Origin: Macrostomum lignano
Lineage: Eukaryota
DNA length: 64,000 nucleotides
NCBI GenBank assembly: GCA_002269645.1
Contig: NIVC01002589.1
Coordinates: forward strand, 8,783-72,782
Direction: 5' to 3'
Shown here: positions 21,378 to 33,329 of the stretch, piece by piece
How positions within the stretch are numbered: the stretch's first letter is position 1
Layout of the letters: every line of letters begins with the position of its first letter
The notes under the pieces: model-generated
Databases searched by the model: none
What the model was told of the DNA's origin: nothing
The model's input: the letters and a program-made list of their open reading frames with translations, nothing else
Program-made: the position numbers and the translations under genes

Positions 21378-21727
21378 TGCAGTATAGTATAGAATTCTTA
21401 ATTATGTCTCCCTCTTTCAAGAATGTTCGGCACAAGCTGTATATAATTAACCTGCCGTCAGCATTGAACAGGAAGTTCAAGCTGGAGCCAATTTCTGATA
21501 TGCTGACCTTGTCCTAGTTTTGTGCCCCTACATTATAAAACCTACTGCATGCGAAGATAGTATTAATTCTCTTGCAGTCCTGCCTCTAAAGCCCCTAAAC
21601 AATATCTACATGTAAAAGCTGCCCGCAAACTGCCATATGGTTGCTGTATACTGACTAAAATAGTTACTTATTATTATACACTTACACGAAAGGTCAATTC
21701 AGGCAATACTGAAGCTCATACAAAAAA

Positions 21728-22020
21728 TCTGGGAGGCTGGCCCATGCAGCAACTGAGGATCTGGGAGGCTGGCCCATGCAGCAACTGAGGATCTGGGAGG
21801 CTGGCCCATGCAGCAACTGAGGATCTGGGAGGCTGGCCCAGCAACTGAGGATCTGGGAGGCTGGCCCATGCAGCAACTGAGGATCTGGGAGGCTGGCCCA
21901 GCAACTGAGGATCTCTGAGGCTGGCCTAGCAACTGACACTCTGGGAGGCTGGCACAGCAACTGAGGATCTGAGAGGCTGGCCCAGAAACTGAGGATCTGG
22001 GTGGCTGGCCCAGGAACTGA
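21728..22020. repeat. 28/31-bp minisatellite (~10 units) upstream of the METTL24-like gene
   Basis: Unit gcaactgaggatctgggaggctggccca(tgca); same family as 11525-12320 and 13745-14535. Confidence 0.93.
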
Positions 22021-22527
22021 GATTATTTTCTCTGTGTATTTTCCTTGTATTTCTATTCTCAGTAGAGTATCAAATAAAAGTTCAGTATAATTTATACCAC
22101 TTATTGTTGTTGATTGTACACTGTATTTTAATTTATCTATTTGTTAGTTTTAGTACACTGTATTCTGTTGCGGTTCAGCCAAGTAAATATAAATATAATG
22201 GAGATGTCTATAGCTCACAGCTCACTTAATGTCTTCTCAAGTACAACGGCAACTGCAATACACAACAGTGGTCACGATTATAATCTCATTATGCTCTTAA
22301 ACCTTATCAACAACTTAAACTTCCTTTTACGAAATGCTAGAGTTAATTATCTGCAATGTCCCCCTACACTATTGATAGTAGACGCAAGAGAGAAAGTAAA
22401 CTTGCATTTGTTCGTAAATGCAGAATATGAACAACCCAAGAGAGATAGGAAGTGCTCGGTCTTTGAGAACTAAATTGACAATCTCTCTGAGCTTTTGAAT
22501 CGCAAATGAAGCAAGAAAATGTAAATG

Positions 22528-23587
22528 ACCTTTCTACACTCCCTGGCGCCTTTCTACATTTTCTTGGCGCTTTTATACATTATCTGGCGCCTTTTTACAC
22601 ACCTTGGTGCCTTTCTACATAAACTGGCGCCTTCTACACTCCTTGGCGCCTTTTTACATTCCCTGGCGCCTTTCTACACAACTTGGCGCCTTTCTACACT
22701 CCTTGGCGCCTTTCTACACTCCTTGGCGCCTTTCTACACTCCTTGGCGCCTTTCTACACTCTGGTACCTTTCTACATTCCCTGGCGCCTTTCTACACACC
22801 TTGGCGCCTTTCTACACCCCTTGACACCTTTCTACACTCCTTGACGCCTTTCTACACTCCTTGGCGCCTTTCTACACTCCTTGGCGCCTTTCTACACTCC
22901 TTGACGCCTTTCTACACTCCTTGGCGCCTTTCTACACTCCTTGACGCCTTTCTACACTCCTTGACGCCTTTCTACACTCCTTGACGCCTTTCTACACTCC
23001 TTGACGTTTTTCTACACTCCTTGGCGCCTTTCTACACTCCTTGACGCCTTTCTACACTCCTTGACGCCTTTCTACACTCCTTGACGCCTTTCTACACTCC
23101 TTGGCGCCTTTCTACACTCCTTGGCGCCTTTCTACAATCCTTGGCGCCTTTCTACACTCCTTGGCGCCTTTCTACACTCCTTGGCGCCTTTCTACACTCC
23201 TTGACGCCGTTCTACACTCCTTGGCGCCTTTCTACACACCCTGGCGCTTTTCTACATTCACTGGCACCTTTCTACACAACTTGGCGCCTTTCTACACTCT
23301 GGTACCTTTCTACATTCCCTGGCGCCTTTCTACATTCCCTGGCGCCTTTCTACATTCACTGGCACCTTTCTACACAACTTGGCGCCTTTCTACACTCCTT
23401 GGCGCCTTTCTACACTCCTTGACGCCTTTCTACACTCCTTGGCGCCTTTCTACACTCCTTGACGCCTTTCTACACTCCTTGGCGCCTTTCTACACACCTT
23501 GGCGCCTTTCTACACACCTTGGCGCCCTTCTACATTCCCTGGAATCTTTCTCCATTCCTTGGTGCGTTTCTACATCCCCTGGCGCCC
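22528..23587. repeat. 20-bp minisatellite (~53 units)
   Basis: Unit ccttg(g/a)cgcctttctacact. Confidence 0.96.
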
Positions 23588-25649
23588 ATGAAACTCAATT
23601 GACTGGTGCTTAACAACACACAACAGTACTTCCAGAATCTGCTCCTTTATTATTCGTGTCTTTACAACTCGATGTGGTGACGCAAGTCGCGAGATTTCAG
23701 TAGTCACTAGGGCACTATAATGATTCTGAGAGCTTGGGGATTCAGTTATTTGTACCGAAACCAAAATTATTATGCGATAATTTCAATATGAAACACACAA
23801 AATTGACTTAACTCGTCAAGCTAATCTATGCCCACAGAATGCACAACAATAACAGAATTTGCAAGTATAACATCTGCGAATATGTTATAACATAAACTGG
23901 TATGCGAAGCCCTGACTGCTTGCGCCATCTTCTTGAGCTAGAATTTTAATTCACTCAAAAGATAATGTAAGCTAGCTCGGAGACTTGCTTGACTTGTTTG
24001 CTTTTGCACCCGGTAGGTAACACAGGAACAATGACCCAGGTAGTTAATATCGTTCATTCACTTATTCATTCACTGGTGAGGGAGTTTGACAAACCTGCCC
24101 ATAGAGCAGACGTCCCCTATTAAGACTTAATGGAGAAGGGAAAAATCTGTGTAAATTTTAACCAATTGCTACAGTAATGTCCTACCCGCTGAGTAAATAG
24201 TCTTTGTAGCAGATGATGCGGAAACTTTGAGCTCACAATCGACTTTTCATATTAAGCATCAATTGTGCTCAAATCAAAGTCTTCAAGGCGTTCAAGCGAT
24301 GGCAATTCAATTTCAATTTGTGTAGAAATTTTTATAGCACAATGGTCAGTGCCCGAGCATGGTCTGTGTCTTCTGAGAGGCCCCAGCGGGGCGGCGGTCC
24401 CTAACTCTGCAGGTCCAGCATGCTATCTTGGAAGAACTGACTGACCCTCAATACGTAATCGAGGCCTTAGAAGTCAGTCGGCCTTAAACTAATGGAAGAT
24501 TTAACAAGCATTTTGTTTCAAGGATGCATTTTATTGTCTCTTGCAGGGGCAATTTATTGTTGGAAAAATATTTAGTAAGTCATAAATAAAATTTTCCCAC
24601 CTAAAAGATGAGCCTCCGGCCTCCTGTCAGGGTGTCAAAGATGCCACACCCCTTTTGCTTCACCTGTCCATCTGGGGAGGCAAAATATGACTAGTATTGC
24701 TGCAGACAAATTTGCCTGTTTTTGTCACCTCAGCTTGACCAGTGGAACGCAGAGTTCCAGTCCAGCTGTCTCACGCAGAGTCAGGTGCGAAATGTTTATT
24801 GCAGAGGCTGAGAGGCTATCGCAAGAGCTGTTTACTTCGCAATTAAATTTAAATTGGGCGAAGTTTTCTTAGAAAGTGTAGAGGACCATCAGCTGATTCC
24901 TCCATTATACGCTCGTAGCTGCATTGAATCAGGACATGCCGAATCCGAATGCGTGCGGTTGCTATGGCCTCGAAATTAAACGAAAGTCTCTGTGGATGGC
25001 AGTGACACAACTTGGTCAGTTTCCAGCGCTCTCTCCCTATTAAGCAAAAGGAAAAATTTCATAACACATCCGCCCGGGCTCGCACAAGCGGAGGGCGGGG
25101 CTCCAACATCCAGCTTCATCTAGAAGTCCACTTCATCATTATTAAAAATTGAGAGAGACAGAGAGCCTATATATATGCGTTGTTTATTAGAAATTCTATC
25201 TGTCTTATTAGTTCGGTTTGCCTGTTGGTCTGCCCACGGATACGACCTCACCTCACCTCCCATCCACCCCAGATATTAATTTGCATAGACTATATCGCGA
25301 TTGCTTCACAATGTAGAACTCAACTTTTAATTACCGTTTGTTCAGACGGAGGCTATAGGAGTCTGGGACCGATGATGAGGCGGTGCCAATTTTGAGTCTC
25401 GGTTTTGACTGAGCCCCGCCCACTCTGTCTCAGCCTCGATCCTGCAGTTGAATTGGTCACTTTACGGTGGGACTAGTAATTACCTGATGTTGTGTTGAAA
25501 TATTTATTCGATAGAGGAAAGAATATAGAAATTCAATGCCTGCGCTGCTTATAGAAGTATCGCTCACTGGTTTCCGAGAATTCTCTCAAATACTTTCCAT
25601 CTATTTGCCTCTCCGGTCCGCTTCTCTGTTCCATAACTGCCTCTCTCTT

Positions 25650-26300
25650 CCCACTCCGCCCTCACCTATCCGCTCCCCGATTCTATCTCCGCCTTTGCCT
25701 ATCCGCTCCCCGATTCTATCTCCGCCTTTGCCTATCCGCTCCCCGATTCTATCTCCGCCTTTGCCTATCCGCTCCCCGATTCTCTCTCCGCCTTTGCCTA
25801 TCCGCTCCCCGATTCTATCTCCGCCCTCACATATCCGCTCCCCGATTCTATCTCCGCCCTCGCCTATCCGCTCCCCGATTCTATCTCCGCCTTTGCCTAT
25901 CCGCTCCCCGATTCTCTCTCCGCCTTTGCCTATCCGCTCCCCGATTCTATCTCCGCCCTCACATATCCGCTCCCCGATTCTATCTCCGCCCTCACATATC
26001 CGCTCCCCGATTCTATCTCCGCCCTCACATATCCGCTCCCCGATTCTCTCTCCGCCTTTGCCTATCCGCTCCCCGATTCTCTCTCCGCCTTTGCCTATCC
26101 GCTCCCCGATTCTATCTCCGCCTTTGCCTATCCGCTCCCCGATTCTATCTCCGCCTTTGCCTATCCGCTCCCCGATTCTATCTCCGCCCTCACCTATTTG
26201 CTGCCCGATTCTATCTCCGCCCTCACCTATCCGCTCCCCGATTCTCTCTCCGCCCTCACCTATCCGCTGCCCGATTCTATCTCCGTCCTTTACTTCGCCC
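25650..26300. repeat. 33-bp pyrimidine-rich minisatellite (~19 units)
   Basis: Unit ttctatctccgcctttgcctatccgctccccga. Confidence 0.95.
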
Positions 26301-26319
26301 CTCTACTTCAACTTCCGCC

Positions 26320-27022
26320 CCTGAGTTTCAATCTCCGCCCCTCAAGTTCAATCTCCGCCCCTCAAGTTCAATCTCCGCCCCTCAAGTTCAATCTCCGCCC
26401 CTCAAGTTCAATCTCCGCCCCTCAAGTTCAATCTCCGCCCCTCAAGTTTAATCTCCGCCCCTCAAGTTCAATCTCCGCCCCTTAAGTTCAATCTCCGCCC
26501 CTTAAGTTCAATCTCCGCCCCTTAAGTTCAATCTCCGCCCCTTAAGTTCAATCTCCGCCCCTCAAGTTCAATCTCCGCCCCTTAAGTTCAATCTCCGCCC
26601 CTCAAGTTCAATCTCCGCACCTCAAGTTCAATCTCCGCACCTCAAGTTCAATCTCCGCCCCTCAAGTTCAATCTCCGCCCCTCAAGTTCAATCTCCGCAC
26701 CTCAAGTTCAATCTCCGCCCCTCAAGTTCAATCTCCGCCCCTCAAGTTTAATCTCCGCCCCTCAAGTTCAATCTCCGCCCCTCAAGTTCAATCTCCGCCC
26801 CTCAAGTTCAATCTCCGCCCCTCAAGTTCAATCTCCGCCCCTCAAGTTCAATCTCCGCCCCTCAAGTTCAATCTCCGCACCTCAAGTTCAATCTCCGCCC
26901 CTCAAGTTCAATCTCCGCCCCTCAAGTTCAATCTCCGCACCTCAAGTTCAATCTCCGCCCCTCAAGTTCAATCTCCGCCCCTCAAGTTCAATCTCCGCCC
27001 CTCAAGTTCAATCTCCGCCCTC
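26320..27022. repeat. 20-bp minisatellite (~35 units)
   Basis: Unit ctcaagttcaatctccgccc. Confidence 0.97.
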
Positions 27023-27405
27023 TCCCAGATCTCCGCCACTCCACTTCAACTTTCTCTTCATTTAATTGAACTTGAGGACTTTGATCTCTTTGAATCTTAT
27101 CCAATGAATTCAATCAACAAAGGCAGGGTATAATTGCAGTAATTGCAGTTTTATCAGTATACTAGTAAATATTAAAACATATAAATTTTTGCAAAACAAG
27201 CTGCACTCGAAACAAGGCTGTACACAAGCACCAACTCTTTGCGCAAATCCGAGATAAAATTCGGATTACAAAACGAAACAAAATCCCTGGCTCAGACAAG
27301 AGAATCATTGAGACAGCAACTCGCCAGAAAGACGCGGTTTAAAATATAAACGATAGAAAGCTGCTGTTCATATTGCTGTCAATCAAAATGTACAGGAGAT
27401 TCAGT

Positions 27406-28887
27406 CTAGCAGGCCGGCTGCTTGTGGCCGCCAAACCTCAGCGGGCTGGATGCCGCCGCAGCCAGCAGGTGCAGCTTGCTGGCTGCCGACAACGGCGACC
27501 AGAGGCGGCGCAAGCGGTCCTGACAGGCCGGCGCCCGCTGCTGCTTAGCGACCAGGCCGGACTGGCGCAGGGCGCGGAGGCTGTCGCGCGGCGACCGGCG
27601 CGCCCGACGATGCCGGGATAGCGACAGAGGCGGCGGCGGCTGCGGCTGCTGCGACGCCGGCGGCGGTGGAGTGGCGACTCTCGAAGGCAGCGCCGCGGCC
27701 GACTGGGCAAAGCGAAGCGCCTTCAGCGGCGCCGGCTGGAGCAGCTTTGTCGATGTTGTCGTCGAAGTCTCCGACTGCGGCGGGGTCGGCGCTGGCATCG
27801 GCTGAAGCTTCTTTCGGCCGCCGATCAGCGGCGTCCGCGCCGGGTCGAACCGGGCGAAAGTGGCGCCTCCTTCAACGTCGCCAGATGGAGCCGCCGCCGC
27901 CGCTGCTGATGCCGCCGCTGCCGTCGTTGCTCCGAGGGGGCTGCGGCTGCGGCTGCGACTCGCCAGGCGGGAGACGGCGCGGCCGAAAGCGGCGCGCAGC
28001 GCGCTGCCCAACGAAGCGGCGCGCTGCATGCTGCGCTGCTTTCGTTCCTGCTGTTGCTGCTGAGGATGAAGCTCCGATTGTCCAGCCTCCTCGGCCTCTT
28101 CTTCCTCATCGCAGCCGTACTCAACAGCGTCGCTATCGGCAACTCCGACGCAGTCGCCGAATTCAACCAGCAGGGCGGCCAGGCGGGCGGAGCGGGCGGC
28201 CTCGGTCGGGGTGGCGGCGCCGCCGGTCAGGCAGGGCCCGAGGCAGACGGCCAGGTTGCCGGCGCTCATCCGGTTGACGTCGGATGCGGCGGCGACGCGG
28301 CTGAGGAAGCCGCACAGGAGGCGCAGCGAGTGCAGCTGGCGGAGCGGCAGCAGGAGGCTGGCCAGGCGGAGCGCGCGGACCCGGCGCTGAAGGCCGAGAG
28401 CGTCGGGCAGCAGGGCGGCCTCCGCCAGCCAGGCGGGCGCCAGTGGCTCCGGCAGCTCTCGCAGCCAGGCCTTCAGCACGGCGCTGACGTCGTGAGCCGG
28501 GGAGCCGTCGCGAATGCCGCAGCCCCGGTCCAGACGCAGGCGGAGGTCGCGCTGGCGGAGCCGGGAGCCTTCGAGGCGGAACAGGCCCTCGCAGCGGAGC
28601 CGGTCCTCGGCTGACAAGTAGCGGCAGCAGGCGGCGAGCACGGCGGGCACCTGGCCGATGCCTTCGACCATCGAGCTCGGCTGGTCCTCCAGACGTCGCC
28701 CGAAGCACCGGCTGGCGGCGGCAGGCGGCGGCGGCGGTGGCGGCAGCTGGCGTCGGCGCCAGTCCAGGCGCAGGCCAAATTGTCGTCGGAGCTCGCGCTC
28801 GGCGCCGCCCATCGCCCGCCGTCGGGACTCCGGCGACATCTGGCCGATGTAGTGCTGGCTGCTGGACTCAACAGTTTGCAGTGGCAT
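27406..28887 (-). CDS. Rho GTPase-activating protein, ARHGAP11A-like, 493 aa, intronless and very GC-rich
   Basis: RhoGAP motifs CFG..LE, EGLFR (arginine finger), HDVSAVLKAWLRELPEPL and NRMSAGNLAVCLGPCL, followed by LAALLVEFGDCVG resembling ARHGAP11A. The tail is low-complexity. Orthology is not certain. Confidence 0.88.
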   Translation of the reverse strand: MPLQTVESSSQHYIGQMSPESRRRAMGGAERELRRQFGLRLDWRRRQLPPPPPPPAAASRCFGRRLEDQPSSMVEGIGQVPAVLAACCRYLSAEDRLRCEGLFRLEGSRLRQRDLRLRLDRGCGIRDGSPAHDVSAVLKAWLRELPEPLAPAWLAEAALLPDALGLQRRVRALRLASLLLPLRQLHSLRLLCGFLSRVAAASDVNRMSAGNLAVCLGPCLTGGAATPTEAARSARLAALLVEFGDCVGVADSDAVEYGCDEEEEAEEAGQSELHPQQQQQERKQRSMQRAASLGSALRAAFGRAVSRLASRSRSRSPLGATTAAAASAAAAAAPSGDVEGGATFARFDPARTPLIGGRKKLQPMPAPTPPQSETSTTTSTKLLQPAPLKALRFAQSAAALPSRVATPPPPASQQPQPPPPLSLSRHRRARRSPRDSLRALRQSGLVAKQQRAPACQDRLRRLWSPLSAASKLHLLAAAASSPLRFGGHKQPAC

Positions 28888-28919
28888 TGCGGCAGTGAGT
28901 AGTCGAGAATTTTAACTGT

Positions 28920-29060
28920 GAGTTTGAAAATGCAAATTTGCGTAGGTTGGAAAATCCGCTTGCTTTTATATTTATACAGCCATGATTCCCCAGTGCCTTA
29001 CGAGCGGGTGTTGCATGGTTGGGCTCTTCTCATTGGCTGGCCGGCTGGACCAATGGGTGA
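28920..29060 (-). promoter_or_regulatory. Candidate RhoGAP core promoter (TATA-like, CCAAT boxes, TTTGAA)
   Basis: Minus-strand TATAAATATAAAA at ~28964-28976, CCAAT/ATTGG at ~29031-29035 and ~29049-29053, TTTGAA at 28923-28928. Confidence 0.35.
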
Positions 29061-29150
29061 GCGCCTTTCGCCCTGCGGGTGGGAGAAGGGAGCTGTGTGT
29101 TGGGAGGTGTCTGAATTTGCGCCTCAGGGAAACTTCGGCTGCTTTTTAAT

Positions 29151-29378
29151 CATGCTCTGTCTCATGCTCTGTCTCATGCTCTGTCTCATGCTCTGTCTCA
29201 TGCTCTGTCTCATGCTCTGTCTCATGCTCTGTCTCATGCTCTGTCTCATGCTCTGTCTCATGCTCTGTCTCATGCTCTGTCTCATGCTCTGTCTCATGCT
29301 CTGTCTCATGCTCTGTCTCATGCTCTGTCTCATGCTCTGTCTCATGCTCTGTCTCATGCTCTGTCTCATGCTCTGTCT
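29151..29378. repeat. Perfect 12-bp repeat (catgctctgtct) x19
   Basis: Directly visible; 228 bp. Confidence 0.98.
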
Positions 29379-30574
29379 AAACATCAGCCCAGTCCATTCT
29401 CCCTCAACCTCCATCTCCATCACTTCTTTTCTCTCTTTCACTCTCTGTCTATCTCTCAATCAGTTGTTCAGTCTCTCAGTCTCCATCGACTTACATCGGA
29501 ATTCCACACACAGCCCGCATAGGAATCCTTTGTATCCTCCTATGTTCCCGCTTTACCCAGCGATAGAGGCCCATTGAAAGTTTTTAGATTTGAGTATAAG
29601 GTAAAACTGCAACATCAGTTAAAATAATACAAATTTTGTATCTTATTCAACATTGGCTATTTTGAAATTTTACATGAAAGTATAGTGATATCAGATATCC
29701 TTTCTATTGGTAGAATGAATTAATGTCTGTGTGGAATTTAAACAGATTAATGATAGATATACTTATTAGGTAAAATAGCTATATAGTAAATTTAGAGGGA
29801 CAAAGGGCGGGATGCAGTGCTTTTCTGCTCGAGCGTGAAGCTGATGATGATGGGATCAAATGCTGGCTATTTGATACAGATCCTCATCTTGAAGAGCGGC
29901 GCCAAAACTGTCTTACTGTTAAAGCAGTTCAGAAATCAGTTTAGAGGGATAAGAATCTATCCCTGTCTAATACCCAGAAATCCTTCTCTCGGGCGAGTCT
30001 GGCGTTACTTCCGCTCGGTCGCTTCTCCATACGAGGCTCCGCATTCTTAGTTAACTCGACGTTCGGCCCATGCGGCCCACGCGGACCACGCGAAACAGCG
30101 CGGGCGTGACAGGGGGGGTCCGATTGATGACATTTTTGATGGCCGAATTTCACAATAATCATTGCACGCGATCTGAAAAATCACTGCCGCCTGCACTGCA
30201 GAGAGAAATAACTGTTGTGCAATCAAGGAGGCTGCAATTTGAAGTTTCGAGATTTACGATGACAGACAATTGTTCTCCAAAAAAGGGTTGAATAATAATT
30301 TGAATTGAATTGAAATTCTCGCTTCTGTCTCAGTCAGCAGCTGTTTGAAAGCATATCGGGGTGATTTACAACGCCAATGTGATGCTGACCACAGAGATGG
30401 GGAGGTGCTTTCACAAGATCAAAATTTCGCGAAGAAATCTTTGGCTAAAAAAGTGAATGCTTGAGATTTTCGGCAGTTTGCAACTTAGATCTCATAACGA
30501 AACCAGTCCTACAGGAAAATGATATCAAAATACCAGAGTGACTTCAGATATCAACCACAGAAATGACTACTGGG

Positions 30575-31195
30575 GAGAAGGGAGAGAGGAGAGGAGAGGG
30601 AAGAGGGAGAGAGGAGAGGGGAGAGGACTGAGAGGAGAGGGTAAAGGGGAGAGCGTTGAGAGGAGTGGAGAGGGTAGAGAGGAGGGGAGAGGGGAGAGAA
30701 GTGGGAGAGGGTAGAGAGGAGGGTGGAGGGTAGAGAGGAGGGGAGAGGGTAGAGAGGAGTGAGAGGGTAGAGAAGAGGGAGAGGGTAGAGAGGAGGGGAG
30801 AGGGTAGAGAGGAGTGAGAGGGTAGAGAGGAAGGGAGAGGGTAGAGAAGAGGGAGAGGGTAGAGAAGAGGGAGAGGGTAGAGAGGAGGGGAGAGGGTAGA
30901 GAGGAGTGAGAGGGTAGAGAGGAAGGGAGAGGGTAGAGAGGAAGGGAGAGGGTAGAGAGGAAGGGAGAGGGTAGAGAGAAAGGGAGAGGGTAGAGAGGAG
31001 GGGAGAGGGTAGAGAGGAGTGGAGAGGGTAGAGAGGAAGGGAGAGGGTAGAGAGGAAGGGAGAGGGTAGAGAGGAGGGGAGAGGGTAGAGATTAGGGAGA
31101 GGGTAGATATTAGGGAGAGGGTAGAGAGGAAGGGAGAGGGTAGAGAGGAGGGGAGAGGGTAAAGATTAGGGAGAGGGTAGAGAGGAGGGGAGAGA
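30575..31195. repeat. ~19-bp polypurine minisatellite (~32 units)
   Basis: Unit gggagagggtagagagga(a/g). Confidence 0.93.
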
Positions 31196-32004
31196 GCAAA
31201 GTGCATGAAATGCCAAAGTTAAAAAGTGAAAAGTGAACGAGATATAGATTTCATAAATGTTGCTGAGAGCTCTATAGTTGCAAGGTGTTGGGAAGGGTTA
31301 AAGAAAAATTCACTGGTCGGTGAGCTGGAGTCTCCTAGAGCCACAGCTCTTCTCACCACCCCACTAGAGACTCTCGTGCCTTCGCTTCGGTTCAATCAAG
31401 AATCTGTTGGATTTTTCGAGGCGAAAATGGAATTCGTCGAGTTTCTAAATTTAATGGCGCTAAACTGATCCTTGAGGCAGCTAAATGGGTAAGCCAGCGG
31501 GAGTCTGCATGGCCTTGAGTTCCTGACTGCGACCTCCAAGCCAGTCTGTATGCCTCGTGGCTTATTTTTGTTTGAAAAAAAATTCAGGTGGGGGGGGGAT
31601 GGTGAGGCAGTTAGTAGAAGAGCGAACGGCTCCCTGAAGCGGCGCATTGTTCCCGTCCTTCTGTTTAGGGTGCCCCCCGCATTCTTAGAAATCGAGCCTC
31701 CAGCGCCTCAAGGCTGAAATGTGCAAATTGATGTTGATAATCAAACCGGAAGGTGGCTCTTTTCTTAACTGTTCTTTTTCGAGCGGAAAATCTCTTCTAG
31801 TGGACTTTTTGTGTTGCATTGTGCAGGCTTTTGTTTTCAGTAGGCCATGCAGGCCAATGCCCTCAAGCATGCCCTGATCGTGAGGCGCTTTCACATCACC
31901 GAAATTTCACTTTTCCAAGAAAATCAAATTAGCACGACCACTTTACAACACCGAAATTTTACAAGAGCTTCGCATCGCCTAAAAGATTTTAAACATTCAC
32001 TTTC

Positions 32005-32695
32005 ATAAGACCTAAACTCTACAAGACCTAAACTTCTTTAGACATTCTCTTTTTAAGATCTTAAATTCACAAGACCTAAACTTAATAGGACCTAAACTTC
32101 ACGAGATCTATACTTCCTAAGACCTAAACTTCATAAGATCTTAAATTCATGGCATAAAGTTTATAAGACCTATAATTCACAAAACCTAAACTTCAAAGGA
32201 CCTAAACTCTACGAAACTTAAACTTCATAAAACCTAAACTTCCTAAAACCTAAACTTCATAAAACCTAAACTTCATAAAACCTAAACGTCATGAAACCTA
32301 AACTCTACGAAGCCTAAACTTCCTAAGACCTAAACTTCATACAACCTAAACTTCATGAAACCTAAACTCTACGAAGCCTAAACTTCCTAAGACCTAAACT
32401 TCATCTTCATACAACCTAAACTTCATGAAACCTAAACTCTACGAAGCCTAAACTTCCTAAGACCTAAACTTCATCTTCATACAACCTAAACTTCATGAAA
32501 CCTAAACTCTACGAAGCCTAAACTTCATAAAACCTAAAATTCTTAAGACCTAACTCCATCAGACCTAAACTTCACGAGACCTAAACTTTGTAAAACCTAA
32601 TCTCCAAAAGACCTAAACTTCACGAAATCTAAACTTCCTAAGACCTAAAAATAAGACCTAAACTTCGCAAGACCTAAACTTCCTTAGACTTGAAC
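32005..32695. repeat. Degenerate 16-bp minisatellite (~43 units)
   Basis: Unit aa(g/a)acctaaacttca(t/c), period 16 (32232, 32248, 32264). Confidence 0.88.
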
Positions 32696-33329
32696 ATCTC
32701 ATATACTAGCTCGTAAAAATGGTTTGTCGGTAGGTATCTATGTTTTATTGAATGTCACCTGGGTGTGCCTTATCTTTGGATACGCAGCCAAACCGGAATA
32801 TTTTGTTTTAGAAACCCACAGTTTAAGACTCCTTATGGAACAATAAAAATTAAACAGAAATAATCTAAATACCTTTGTAAAATTTGTTTACCGAAACTGG
32901 CTTATCGCACCGACACAGACTTGTTAAATAGAAGCCGCTCCTTAGTCCCCTTATTGATTAATTAATATTCGCTAATGCTCCAAAGCTTTGGCGGCAGTAA
33001 CACATTCTTAAGTAGCGGGGGGAATTTATTGGAAATCTACGACTTTTGATTGACGTCATTCGCAACCCCAGTGCTGCGCTTTTCTAGACTGCTTTGTTGA
33101 CTTCTGTTACCAGTTGCTAGTAAAGGATTACTGCTTGTATGGGTTTATAAAGTCGATAATGATTTATGCTTAGTGACTTCTGCACAGCCCTATGTTGTGC
33201 CGAGTTTTATCATTTAGATGTTTGTAATCCAATACTTGAAAGGCTGGCGGCGGGACTTATCGAGCGAAGGAGGGGAGAGGATCGAGCGAGGGATAAACAA
33301 TGAGATGCGAAAGAGGAGATTGAAATGAA

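Noticed and set aside
22141-22473. 110-aa + strand ORF (and the 86-aa ORF at 3865-4125)
   Set aside because: No recognisable domain, AT-rich composition and non-ATG starts; cannot be supported.
24140-24480. Possible LINE endonuclease remnant (minus-strand GTDHCAI resembles SDHxxI)
   Set aside because: A single short motif with nearby stops and no other endonuclease or RT motifs.
27373-28871. Overlapping and antisense ORFs across the RhoGAP
   Set aside because: Expected by-products of a very GC-rich CDS; no recognisable motifs.
32005-32695. True telomere or interstitial telomeric tract
   Set aside because: The period is 16 bp with only a CCTAAA core, not tandem TTAGGG.
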